A stretch of DNA of 64,000 nt from an uncultured Nitrososphaeraceae archaeon (GCA_963837175.1 CAWIMJ010000013.1:1-64000); one strand, 5' to 3'; counted from the stretch's first letter, positions 1-11,638 are shown. Program-made: numbers and translations. The notes: generated by a model from the sequence alone, not told the origin.

Positions 1-114
1 TACAGACGGCGTCTGCTCAAACAGTACACCCAATCTTCTAATCACAGCTGGTATAAGGAGTTCAGACGTTTATTTGTGTGTGAATTTTGCTCAACAATAT
101 GGACTGGACATTAA
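1..114 (+). CDS. 3' end of an ORF cut by the window edge, ending in a CxxC knuckle (FVCEFCSTIWTGH*)
   Basis: Manual translation: frame 1 is open from base 1 to TAA at 112-114. Confidence 0.3.
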   Translation, partial: YRRRLLKQYTQSSNHSWYKEFRRLFVCEFCSTIWTGH

Positions 115-263
115 GAAGGTTTTATAGAGCATAATGGTAACCAGAGCGTTTACAATCTACCAACTGGCAGACTTAATCAAATACCTATTACCTAAAATTA
201 TAGAGCGTCGAGATACCAAGTACTTGTTTATTTTCACAAATATTCTATGTGTACAAATGCTAT

Positions 264-1097
264 TTATGTATAGGTATTCATCATAGCTATTGCTGGTAGT
301 TTCTGTACTGCCATCTGTATATCCTGATTAGTGCTATAAACCAATACTGTATTCTCGTTAATCCTTCCTACCTTCTTACTATAATTAAATTCAGATAAAA
401 CAGAAAAGCCAGCTGCAGCAAAGGCACTCTTGAATTTTGGAACTAATTCGGTTGGAACATAGATAAGACCTACCGTTGTACTTCCGCTTGCTGGAGTAGG
501 GTTCACCGTAACTTTACCATGTCTTACTACACCACCTGCTACAATGTCATAACTACCAGCTGTAAGTCCAGGGAATAATGTCGTTTCTGTGTATGGAGTA
601 CTTGAATCTCCGTTTCCACCTAGACTAATTGTGTGAGTATGACCGGCATCACCATTTAATACAGCTACTGATGCACCTGCGCCTATTACAACGTTAAGAG
701 GTAGAAACTCACCATTCTTCTCACCCATTCTTTGATTTGGAGTTAGTTCATGGGCTTCGTTAGGTAAGAAAATTATAACACCTTTGACTGAGGGAGGTAA
801 CATTAGAGTCTCTGAATTATATATGGTTGATGCTGATGGAATACCTGAAGCTGATGATGATAGCTGAGTTAACGGAAGAGGAGGAGGAGAAGAAGACTGG
901 GTTATTTGCGTAGTCTGAGCTGGTGCTAAAAATGCTGTCGCAGTGAAAATATTTAACGGAGGTACTGAGGGATAACCATAGGCTGTTGGGAGACTTGCCT
1001 GTTGAAGAGGAAGAAAAGCAAGTTTAATTATTCCTTGAGAGGACAAAGAAAGAAGAGCCAGTCCTCCAATAGCTAGAAGAAGTAATACATTAACCAT
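264..1097 (-). CDS. Exported or membrane-anchored hypothetical protein with a cupredoxin-like beta domain
   Basis: Hydrophobic N-terminus and Pro/Ser linker, then NEAHE...FLPLNVVIGAGASVAVLNGDAGHTH, resembling the plastocyanin F-x-P..G..V...N-x-D..H pattern; paralog of 1558..2379. Confidence 0.65.
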   Translation of the reverse strand: MVNVLLLLAIGGLALLSLSSQGIIKLAFLPLQQASLPTAYGYPSVPPLNIFTATAFLAPAQTTQITQSSSPPPLPLTQLSSSASGIPSASTIYNSETLMLPPSVKGVIIFLPNEAHELTPNQRMGEKNGEFLPLNVVIGAGASVAVLNGDAGHTHTISLGGNGDSSTPYTETTLFPGLTAGSYDIVAGGVVRHGKVTVNPTPASGSTTVGLIYVPTELVPKFKSAFAAAGFSVLSEFNYSKKVGRINENTVLVYSTNQDIQMAVQKLPAIAMMNTYT

Positions 1098-1557
1098 GAT
1101 ACTTTATCTCTCTTTCTTTATGATATAAAATACTTATTGATAATGCTAGTCTATGATTGTTCTGCAACATTTAGTTTTGCCTTCACCTTTTAATCCTACT
1201 GAACTATAAAACAAGAAAGAGGTTAAGTAGTAGTCTAAACATAAAGAAGAATAATTATATAAAGAAAATAATGCAAGTGATCACATCAGAAAGAATTCAT
1301 TATATTGATGACTATTAAGTTTGTCAATTATTATTATAAAATGCAAAGCTCCGGTCCAGTTTATTATTTTCGGCTTTAATTTTGAGTTGTCATACTATTA
1401 TAGTGGTATATAGTTATTCTAAAGACATATGATGAGTATTGTAATTAATTATAAATATACTAGTTGAATGTAAACTGTATGCATTAAAAGATGATAAATA
1501 ATGATAGTAATCGAATAATAACAATCAAACAAAGGAATTATCCTAGTTGTCATTACA

Positions 1558-2379
1558 TTGTCCTTATCTGGACTGAATGTTCTTACAGCAGCAGAATCAA
1601 TAGCAGGATTATTATCTCCTAATAATAATATAGATCCTGTACAATCAATTCCAGTTGTTAATACTCTTCCTTCAAACCAATCAGCTATAGGACTAACTTC
1701 TGCTTCCTCTATCTATCAAACAGAGACTATGAAAGTGCCAGATAACGTTAAAACGGTGGTAATATACGCAGCTAATGAATTTCATGAAGATTGGGTTAAG
1801 GAGAAACATAAACACATATCAGATAAGAATCCCTATTTTCTACCAACTAATCTTGTAATTGCAAATGGTACTACAGTTGTGGTACATAATGCAGATGCTC
1901 CTTGGTCAACGCCACATCCGCATAACTTTGCTTTAGGAGGGACAACCAGTCCCAAATTGCCATGGGGTCAAAGTACAACAGAATTTCGTCTAGCTCCAGG
2001 AAATTATAAGCTAACATCTCCTGGATATCCTTGGGCCGTATCTAATGTAATGGTATTTTCAACTCCAGCAATAGCAGGTTCTTCGCTTATCGTAGGAACA
2101 TTCTATACTCCTACGAAACAGGTATCAGATCCTAAAGACGATGATGGTGGAATACATCCTGGCAACCTAGCCTACTTTATGCAAGAATTCCCAAAGAATG
2201 GATTGAAGATAGAATCTGTTTACAACTTTAGCTATGCTAGCTGCAATTATTGTCCTGGTAAATTCTGGCCTGACAATAAGACTGCGAATCACACTCTGAT
2301 TGTTTGGAGCAGCACCCAACCACTACCTAATGTATTAGCAGCACTAACAAAATTAACCAAAGCAAATGTATACATTTAA
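1558..2379 (+). CDS. Hypothetical protein with a cupredoxin-like domain, paralog of 264..1097
   Basis: ASSIYQTET..P, NEFHE and YFLPTNLVIANGTTVVVHNADAPWSTPHPH align by eye with the divergent neighbour; also carries a CNYC motif. Confidence 0.65.
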   Translation: MSLSGLNVLTAAESIAGLLSPNNNIDPVQSIPVVNTLPSNQSAIGLTSASSIYQTETMKVPDNVKTVVIYAANEFHEDWVKEKHKHISDKNPYFLPTNLVIANGTTVVVHNADAPWSTPHPHNFALGGTTSPKLPWGQSTTEFRLAPGNYKLTSPGYPWAVSNVMVFSTPAIAGSSLIVGTFYTPTKQVSDPKDDDGGIHPGNLAYFMQEFPKNGLKIESVYNFSYASCNYCPGKFWPDNKTANHTLIVWSSTQPLPNVLAALTKLTKANVYI

Positions 2380-3154
2380 TCTTAATCTGATTCTCTTTTA
2401 TCTTTATTTCTTGGAAGCTAAAATAGAGGACTAACAATACAATACATACAACTGCAGCAGCGATTCTCATGTACCTCATGTACATCAGAATGTTTGATTG
2501 ATTATTGTCAATGAAAGACCAATAACAGATGGTGCTGGAGGGTCTGGTTTTATAACAGTTGGGACAACACTAGAGATTACCGCTGCAATAGCTAGGTTTG
2601 AAATAGTTATGGGGGGCGTCTGAGAGACAGAACAATCTATCTTTACTGTACTACCACATGTTAACAAATAATAATTACTATTCTCTCTATCTAACATAAC
2701 TTCTAGAACCTATTTGACAACACTCTCTGGCAGGCGCTTCTTCTTCTTCATCCGATCCCAACTTGTCATCTACATTCCCAAGGCCATCAAATCGGGATAA
2801 TACATATAGGATAGAAGAACAAGGAAGTTTTCATAATAGTGAAGATGATATTGCTGATTGATCTAGTCTGAGTAAATCATCATAGAGGTTTAATATAATA
2901 GTACATAAGTTATAACCTCGAAATATGGCATTATTCTACTTTGAACAAGAGTGATGTGACGTCAAACACTCGTGATCTATCGGTTATGTGTTTTGCAATG
3001 CATTGAGAATCTATATACCTATGCCAAATCAATTTTGGACAAATATGGTTTAAGATCACTTTCTTTATTGTACGCAACTGGATAATGACAGCTAAAGATG
3101 ACAACTCAGGTATGACATGGCATGAAAGATTTAGACACATTGTATAAGGAAGGA

Positions 3155-3294
3155 TGTTTTGTTGCACAAATCTGATATTAGTCAATTAAGTTCGGAAAAT
3201 TTTAATCAATGATAGATATGACTTCTAAGCAATTCATAGTTGATCCTGAAATCAACGTATTAACAACGAATTTTCAGAATTATGCAACAAAGCA
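3155..3294. mobile_element. Putative MITE, copy 1 (~140 bp)
   Basis: Ends TTTGTTGCACAAAT / ATTATGCAACAAAGC are inverted repeats; near-identical to 58118..58251; flanks aggaagga/aagaggga resemble a decayed target-site duplication. Confidence 0.7.
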
Positions 3295-3496
3295 AAGAGG
3301 GACATAATATAGAAGCAAAGTCTTTGATGAATAAAGACTAACTTAAACTAACTGTGTGGTGTTTTGCTGTTGTTTTAATAGAAGAAGCTTTAAATTCTTC
3401 AGAAAATGTCTTAACAGCTTATTTACATAAATATATATCTTCTCTAATCTTCCATAACCCTTTAATTGTGAAATAAAATATTCATAGGATGATGAC

Positions 3497-5000
3497 TTGA
3501 TTTACATGCTCAGAATAGTTTTACTTTTAATTCTGGTTTTAACTTTCGTATTTAGTGGTTATTACTATTGTTCTTACTTATTACTACCTCCTTCTGCTAG
3601 TGCATCATCATCAACATACGTACCGACACTCAGTTATAATACTGATGAGGAAATACCATCCATCATTAATGATCCTACCTTGAAAGTAGAGGAAGTTGTA
3701 AGAGGATTGGATCTACCTACTACTATGGCATTTTTGGGTCCTAATGATATATTAGTTTTGGAGAAGGATAAGGGTACGGTTCAGAGAATCATTAATGGCA
3801 AAATACTTCCAGAACCACTGCTTGATGTTAATGTTGCGACTTCTGTTGAAAGATGTATGTGTGGAATTGCAGTATCAACGAAGAGTAGTAGTAGTAACGT
3901 TGGGTCAACAACAATAACATATGTTTTCTTGTATTTTACTGAAGCAGAAATAGCAGATAGTGAAGATGTTACTCAAGGAAAAGATCCAGTAGGCAACCGC
4001 CTATATAGATATGAATTAGATAATATTAATAATAAACTGATAAATCCTGTACTTCTTCTTGATCTTCCTGCTGTACCTGGTCCCCGTCATAATGGTGGTG
4101 CTATTATGATTGGACCTGATAATAATCTCTATATTCCTATCGGAGATGTAGACGGATGGGGTAATGGAGAAGCTTTTGAAACTAAAGCTCAGAATTATGT
4201 TAATGGAATAGAACCAGATGGAAGAGGCGGTATACTTAGAATTACTCGGGATGGTAAATCTATAGTAGGTATAGCTGGTAGTAATAGTAGTGATGAGGGT
4301 ATTCTTGGTAATACTCATCCACTTAACCTATACTATGCATATGGAATACGAAATAGCTTTGGAATAGATTTTGATCCTATTACAGGAAAGCTGTGGGAAA
4401 CAGAAAATGGTCCAGGAGAGGGAGATGAGATTAATTTGGTAGAACCTGGATTTAACAGTGGCTGGAAAGAGTTAATGGGTATGGACTCTCTTGAAGAAGA
4501 CTTCTACCCTGATACAGATTTAGAAAACTTTAATGGAAAAGGAAAATACAGTGCTCCTGAATTTACATGGAGCCATACTGTGGGTCCTACTGCATTAAAG
4601 TTTCTTAATTCAGATAAATTAGGAATGCACTATGTAAATGATATATTTGTAGGAGATGTGCATAACGGATGGATATACCATTTCAAGCTAAATGAAGCTA
4701 GAACAGATTCTAGTTCTTGGTGGTGGATTGCTAGCTGATAAAGTGGCAAACTCAGATTCTGAACTAGAAGAAGCTGCTGGTAGTAGTGGTGATGATGGTA
4801 TAATATTTGGTAAAGGTTTTGGAGGAATCACCAATCTAGAAGTGGGACCAGATGGATATCTCTATGTTGTTTCAATTGGCCAAGGCGCAATATATAGAAT
4901 AGTACCTGGAGTCAATGATGTTGGCAGTGGTGCTGATGGTGATGATGTTGAGGGTGAAGCTGATGAAGATGTCAGCGGTGGAGAAAATGAAGGCGGATAG
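3497..5000 (+). CDS. PQQ-dependent glucose/sorbosone dehydrogenase (GSDH) family protein, frameshifted near 4708
   Basis: PTTMAFLGPNDILV, HNGG, YAYGIRNSFGIDFDP, ENGP..GDEINLVEPGFNSGW; the C-terminal GKGFGGITNLEVGPDGYLYV lies in the next frame, and one extra T explains the break. Confidence 0.85.
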
Positions 5001-5403
5001 CAGGCTGCTGCTAAAGAGAAGTTTGAGAATAATATCAATAGGATTTTGAGTATTCTAAACGACTACACAATAAGGAGAAGTAGTAATAGGGTATGATAAT
5101 AATAGCAAAATAAAAACTACTCCTAATCATAGGTATCGCCATAACTGGAATATCTTTAGGACTAGGAGTATGGGCTGCAACAATGACAGCACCAACAACA
5201 GTCAAGATAATCGAATGCTTGAGTAAGAAGGACCCAAATCAAACATATGCCTATCAATGCTATCAATGGAAGGAGTACTTCAATCTTTCATACAAAGCAT
5301 TGTATTGTGATAAAACATAACCATAGTTATATTTTAGACATCTATTCTAAGATATCATAAGGGACTTTTACTGAAGTAGATAACTACCCTCTAATGTTAA
5401 ATT

Positions 5404-5712
5404 ATGATGATGAACAAACTTCAAAGTTCAACTTTGCTAATGGCTTTATTAGTATCGCTGCTGTTAATTATTATAACAGAATCGCAAGGTATAATCTCTG
5501 TTTATGCATCACCGGTAACAATATTTTCAACACGAGGTCATTTTGATACTATGACTGGCCAAGAAAACACAGGGCATAGGTTACCTACTGCTGCAGACCT
5601 ACTTAGAGAACTTAACCAACGATGTCCAGGAGAAATTGCCATATATGTTCACGGAGTTTGAGCTAGTCGTCAAAGCGCAATTGAACAAGTTCAAAGAGTG
5701 GATATATCACTA
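5404..5712 (+). pseudogene. Truncated secreted alpha/beta-hydrolase-like gene
   Basis: Signal peptide, then IAIYVHGV*ASRQSAIEQVQR with TGA where Trp is expected; fused to an IS remnant downstream. Confidence 0.4.
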
Positions 5713-5918
5713 AAAGAAGGAAAGAGAAGATATTCCATGTTTGTCAAAGCATACAATGAAGAAAGAGAACATGGTGGAATCAATGGTCACACACCATCTG
5801 AAATGTTTCTAATAAAAGGAAGATTAAATAATGATAGTAATAAAAAGAAAATTAAGAAGATAAAAAGTGTTACCCATGTTGGTAAGTGAATCTGTTACCT
5901 ATCTATGAAAGTACAACA
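5713..5918 (+). mobile_element. IS481-like right-end remnant (C-terminus of an integrase-core transposase)
   Basis: YNEEREHGGINGHTPSE motif; repeated TGTTACC subterminal motifs; ends in ...ACAACA. Confidence 0.6.
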
Positions 5919-6541
5919 ATTAAGAAATGGCAATGAAACTATCCACGACATTAAGTCATATTACAACTGTACCTAATCCTAGCATAATAGTTGTCCAAAG
6001 TTGAGTTTTACTGGCAGTGTGTTTGAAAGTAACACACTTACCATAATGGTAAATGTTATAACTGCTGTTACGTTTTGTATTGATGTACTGTCAGGAAAAG
6101 ATAGTATAAACTGTCAGTTATTGGTAATCTTTCGGTTAGTCATTTAGGTGCTTGTACCACAATATATTATACAAGGAAAAAATATAATTGCAATGATTAT
6201 ATATTATATGAAATTACATTTTAAATATCATGTTACTTTCTATGGTGAAATAAAAAACGCAAATATGGTGTGGAGATAACCAAACTTATCCGTACCACCA
6301 TCGATTGGGACGGTGGATGTTTGTTTTCGACAAATCTCATAATGATTTCATCTCTTCTCTTATACCTATATGGTAGATAAGTTCACAAAATAGATGTTGA
6401 CTACTGGAAGAATTCGTCTAAGAACTATCTTATGTCTTTTTTTACTTAGTTCTATTGCTTGTTGTTTGTTGTGAGGCATGTAACTCCTTGAATTTTTCTC
6501 TCTAATGGTATATAGCCTTGAAGTTCAGTTAATCATGCAAT

Positions 6542-7158
6542 GGCTCTGTTCACTTAACGATTTGTAATTGCTTGTTATGATAACCTATGAATAGATTTAA
6601 CCAATTCCACACATGTAATAATTTACAATTCTTCTTTCTGCAAGGGAAATAGTCATTATCAAAGCATTCGGTTCTATCTTTTATGTACTGCATTGTTCTT
6701 TCTATAATGCTTTTCTCATAAGAGGAATGGATATGATGAGGCAATCTCAAGAACCTACAAGCTTGTGGATAGATACCAAGTACCTCCATCTGTGGAAACT
6801 GGATGTTGACCATGAATCCCAACTAAGCTTGAAATAAATCGCTCAGCTAAGAGCATATTTCTCTCTTTAGTTATACTAATTCCAAGGATTTCCTTACTCT
6901 CAAGTTCAATAGCAACCCAAAGCCATATCAATTCTGAACCAATTTTTATTAATGTTTCATCGATAATGAATTCCTCGATTTTCTTTTTCCTTTCAAAGAT
7001 CTTTTTGGGTTTATACTTTTGTATCCAATTCCAGATTGATACATGATTTCTCTTTATAAAACAAGACGATAATCTTTCGGATGTCTTTCTTAATGAAAGA
7101 CCTGAAAAATAAAAATATAGACCATAGCCTATAGATTTATCGTTAAGTGAACAGAGCC
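6542..7158 (-). mobile_element. IS6-family element (617 bp) with a 5'-deleted, frameshifted transposase
   Basis: Perfect 20-bp inverted repeats GGCTCTGTTCACTTAACGAT; 8-bp direct repeat CATGCAAT on both sides; ORFs show YFSGLSLRK, IIDETLIKIG..IWLWVAI, STDGG, SIIER. Confidence 0.92.
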
Positions 7159-7269
7159 CATGCAATATAGTATATATTTATATTAGAGAAAACACCTCGT
7201 TTTTCCACGAGTCACAGAAAAACTCAGATTCTTACAGGTGTTCTACTATCATTAATTTTACTTTTAACA

Positions 7270-8677
7270 TAAGGTATCTACCAATAGCAAATCTAGCACA
7301 AGCTTCTAGCTCTTCTGATTCTCCCACTACTAGTTCTACAGATGATATCCCTACTACAATTCATAATACCAAGTCTAAACCTCTTCCGGGAGGACCTACA
7401 CTTAATGATCCTAATCTAAAATTAGAACAAATCTTTACTGGACTTGACTACCCTACTGGTATGGCATTTGTGGGTCCAAATGACATTTTGGTGACAGAAA
7501 AAAATACAGGTATGGTAAAGAGAATCATAAATGGCCAATTGAATCCAGAAGCACTTCTTGATGTGAGCGTTGCTAATCTAGCCGAGAGAGGAATGTTAGG
7601 AATTGCTGCGAGGGTAAATAATAATAGCAACACAAATACAGCGAGCAATACTATAAGCCCTACCTATGTCTTTTTATACTATACTGAATCTAGCGGCGCA
7701 ACAGATGGTGTTGACGCTGATTCAGAAGAAAATGTATTAGGCAATCGTCTTTACAGATATGAATTAGTAGACAATCAGTTAGTAAATCCAAAATTACTTT
7801 TGGATCTTCCAGCTCATCCTCCTCCTGGCAGAGAAGATGCTTCAAGAGATCATAACGGTGGTAAAGTATTGATTGACCCTACTGATAATTATGTATATGT
7901 TGGTATTGGTAATGTTGCAGTTCACAGTGGTCAAGCTCAGAATGTTCTTGATGGAACACCACTTGATGGAACTAGTGGCATATTTAGAGTGACACAGGAT
8001 GGTCAAGTACAACCAAATCCTCCATTAGGATCCACACAGCCAATGAGTTCTTACTACTATGCCTATGGTATACGTAATACTTTTGGAATGGACTTTGATC
8101 CTATAACTGGAAAATTATGGGATACAGAGAATGGTCCTACATCAGCAGATGAAATTAACCTAGTTGAACCAGGATTTAATAGCGGACATTCAAAGATTGA
8201 AGGTTTTGTTAAAGATGCAAGTACAGAAGGATCAGAAGGTGCTTCAGAAGATTCTTCATCAGAGCAACAGAATCAACAGCAACAACAATAAATCCTACTA
8301 CTGATTTAGTTAATTTTGGTTCTAATAGCCAATATAGCAATCCAGAGTTTGTTTGGACTGCACCACTTGGTGTAACTGCACTCAAATTCCTCAACTCCGA
8401 TAAATTAGGAAAACAATACCAAAATACTATGTTTATAGGTGATACTAATCTTGGCTGGCTCTATAATTTTAAATTAAATCCTGAAAGAACAGGATTGTTG
8501 TTTGCTGCTGGTAGTCCGCTTGCAGATAAAATTGCTGATGCTCCAGATGAAATGCAGGAAACAATATTTGGAAAAGGATTTGGTGTAATTACTGATATAA
8601 AAGTTAGCCCGTATGATGGTAATCTGTATGTTCTTACCTATGCTGGATCAATTTATAAAATATCGGCTTCTCTATAG
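7270..8677 (+). CDS. Second PQQ-dependent GSDH-family protein, disrupted at the 5' end and near 8290
   Basis: The frame extends upstream of 7461 (GGPTLNDPNLKLEQIFTGLDYPTGMAF); YAYGIRNTFGMDFDP; C-terminal GKGFGVITDIKVSPYDG in 8429..8677. The start position is uncertain. Confidence 0.8.
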
Positions 8678-9096
8678 AATAGATACCAAGAGCCAGTGTA
8701 GATTTTGTCTATCTAAGAAACATAATAACAATCGAAACTTTCCTTCCATCTATAGTATTTAGATTCAGGTTTGATAAAGCATATAAATCCAAAGTCTAAT
8801 TTATCATGACAAATTTGTTTCACATCCCGACGGGCCCAAAACAATCAAGTCTAGGAATTATGAATTAGTGGTAGCAATTGCAAGTTAATAGCATCATGAT
8901 ACATGATAAGAACCAGAAAACTTTAAAGCTAGTCTATTCTTATTCTGAGTTAGTAAAATCCACTTTTAGCACTCATATCGGCGCTAATCCCTCTGAACCA
9001 GAACCGATATTAAGTTCGTGAATCAAATTTAATTTCATATGTTTAATGCATTTGAAATGTGAAGATTTAAAAAGAAATTATACATAGATTTTCCTG

Positions 9097-9390
9097 ATGA
9101 CTTCATCAATACTAGACGCAGATGTAAAAGAACTTTGTATCCATGTTATGAAAAAAGTGATAGAAAAAACACAGAAGGATGAAAACGAAAGTATCAGCAA
9201 AAATGCTGTTTATGAGAAGGCTTGTGCTAAATCAAATGGAATTGGAGCCTTTGACTCCAGCAATATTACTCTAAAAAACTGTGTTTTTCAGGAACTTTTT
9301 GCAAGAGGGCATATCAGACAAGGCAATAACCCTGATGAAATCAAAATTACAGACATAGGAAAGAACTATCCAGAATACCTCAATACGTAA
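9097..9390 (+). CDS. Hypothetical protein, possibly winged-helix-like
   Basis: 97-aa ORF behind an AT-rich promoter; C-terminal LFARGHI...IKITDIG is wing-like. Confidence 0.5.
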   Translation: MTSSILDADVKELCIHVMKKVIEKTQKDENESISKNAVYEKACAKSNGIGAFDSSNITLKNCVFQELFARGHIRQGNNPDEIKITDIGKNYPEYLNT

Positions 9391-9863
9391 ATAAATTATT
9401 GTATAGACTCATTGCATTAATAATCAAAATTTGTGTAAATAGTAAATATGAAAAGGACCTTTTGATTATTTTTATAGTATGGGAGAAATGATGAAGCAGC
9501 ATTAGACAACAACAAAGCGGCTTCTAAGGTGTATATATACATGTTTTCGTATCGTCTAACACTTTGGCATCGGAACAACTACTAGAATACAAAAATATAC
9601 AAATTTAAAAAATTAAGAAAACAAGAGAATCTGAATTATCCTATTATTTTACCACAACTATTGCCTTATGAACAAAATCATACTATCGATTGTAACATAT
9701 AACTCTTCTACTAATATAAAATACTACTCCACTTGTTGTCTCTTGCTCATCGTTTCTATGGTATTCTTACATATTTTGTATAACACAATATATTTGCATT
9801 ATTCCATAGCAAATCGAAATACTAAAAAATTATAAGTCCATCATAATAATATTCATTATAGGA

Positions 9864-10205
9864 ATGAAAAAAGAATTTATCGTTTCAAGAATTGAAGCCT
9901 CTCAGGACGGCAGTCCTTACATATACATAACATTTAGTGATGCTAATGATTACAAGTCAGGAGAAAAGCAGCAGCAAAATCCCTTTGGTACAAACGTAAT
10001 GGCATTTACTTCTCCGGAGGATCTGATGAAAAATTTGCCTAAAGCGATGGCAAATATTTCTAAGATGATGGGTGGTGGGGGCCATACCGGTATGACTGAT
10101 TCACCTATATTTAGAATGAGCATGAAAGAGTATGAAGATATGGGAATAAAAGTCGGCGACAAGGTTACAATAGATGTTACAAAATTAGATAACAGCGGAA
10201 TTTAA
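9864..10205 (+). CDS. Conserved hypothetical protein, arcadin-1-like
   Basis: N-terminal beta hairpin (FIVSRI...GSPYIYI), central helix, then MSMKEYEDMGIKVGDKVTIDV; the pattern is recalled from arcadin-1 and was not searched. Confidence 0.5.
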   Translation: MKKEFIVSRIEASQDGSPYIYITFSDANDYKSGEKQQQNPFGTNVMAFTSPEDLMKNLPKAMANISKMMGGGGHTGMTDSPIFRMSMKEYEDMGIKVGDKVTIDVTKLDNSGI

Positions 10206-10546
10206 TATGTAAATTGTAAATATTTCTACTCTTATGGCAGTCCTCTACTATCTCCACTATTTTAAAAAATAACAATTTTTCTGTTATGGAATAACTTCAT
10301 AAATGCTTATTATACTATCACTAATTGATAATGTCGTCATAGGTTGCTCATCTACTTTTCCAATTCAGCTTCGACTTCAATGCATCGTTCAAGTTTTTAT
10401 TCTTCAGTTCTCTAACTTATCCATCCTTAATAATAATAATAATATTGCTCAAAGATGTTACAAGTAGATATTTGAATCTGTGCCATTTTAGAATCGAACA
10501 TGTCCAAAAATTCCTAAGAATCCACAAGCTGTTTTAAGTATTGAAA

Positions 10547-11638
10547 CTAATAGGATAAATTACACCATTTGACTAACCATTGATAATCAAATTTCCTTTT
10601 ATTATTCATACTTTGATCGTCATAATCCCTCTTCATCTTTTTTTCCAATTCTTTTGTACATTCAATCATGACATCAAATTTCTCAACAGTTATTCCTAAT
10701 TTAGAAAAGTTTAGATTAAAGTTTTCAATATGAGAATCTAAATTAGTACTATCATCGATAGATACTATTCGAGGATTGATCTTAGGTCCTCCTTCAAATA
10801 CTAAATTCTTAATAAAATTAGGAGCCGTTATATTAAATGAGTTTTGAAGATGTGTGCTAGAGATTTTAGATCCAAATAGGTCTGATATGATCTCCATAGC
10901 TTTGCTGAAAAGCATAGAATGATATTCAAAGTCTATAGTGCCGTCATCTCTCTTACGAAGATTAAGACCAAGCAGTTGTAAAATTAACCTTTCCATAGCG
11001 CATTGATTAGTTACAAGTCTTTGATCATAGTTGGATAAAGTATCTTTGAAGTAACAAGTTGTCCAATTTCCGCTGCTCCTCAGTCGAGAATTGAATGCAA
11101 TAGCCAAGGGAGTGATAAGTTGTTGAAGGTCATCCGGTAACGATTTGTAATTGGGTTTATTTATTTTTTGTATTTTCGGTTTTTTATTACTACTTCCGCT
11201 TTCCTTTTCTCTTTCTAATACCTTATAATACAATTCGATTATCTTTTCAGCTATATATCTAGGTGAATTTTTAATCTCTTCATTTTTGACCCTATAAACA
11301 TAATATCCCATATTCTGTAATGCTCTTTGACGTATTCTATCTGGGGTCTTACGGTACTCAAATTCATGGATACCACCATCAACTTCAACAATAAGTCTAT
11401 GACCAATGATAAAATCTGGCGTATACCATATACAAGCTGAGAGCCAAACTTCTGAATTTCTAATATATTTGATATTAAATGCGAATTTATCTAATGCTGA
11501 TGATAACAGATTTTCATATCTCGTAGATGTTGGTCGTTTGTAGAATGGAGAAGAAGATGAAGATGAATATTGTTGATTATTATGATTGTGATTAGAAGAA
11601 TACTGTGTTGAAGATTTTCCCTTCTTTTCTTCTACCAT
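10547..11638 (-). CDS. DUF559 (Vsr-like PD-(D/E)xK) endonuclease-domain protein
   Basis: YTPDFIIGHRLIVEVDGGIH...D.IRQRALQNMGYYVYRV.N motif. Confidence 0.8.
   Translation of the reverse strand: MVEEKKGKSSTQYSSNHNHNNQQYSSSSSSPFYKRPTSTRYENLLSSALDKFAFNIKYIRNSEVWLSACIWYTPDFIIGHRLIVEVDGGIHEFEYRKTPDRIRQRALQNMGYYVYRVKNEEIKNSPRYIAEKIIELYYKVLEREKESGSSNKKPKIQKINKPNYKSLPDDLQQLITPLAIAFNSRLRSSGNWTTCYFKDTLSNYDQRLVTNQCAMERLILQLLGLNLRKRDDGTIDFEYHSMLFSKAMEIISDLFGSKISSTHLQNSFNITAPNFIKNLVFEGGPKINPRIVSIDDSTNLDSHIENFNLNFSKLGITVEKFDVMIECTKELEKKMKRDYDDQSMNNKRKFDYQWLVKWCNLSY

Noticed and set aside
1-2800. Possible provirus end
   Set aside because: No integrase, capsid, terminase, tRNA or att repeat is visible inside the window.
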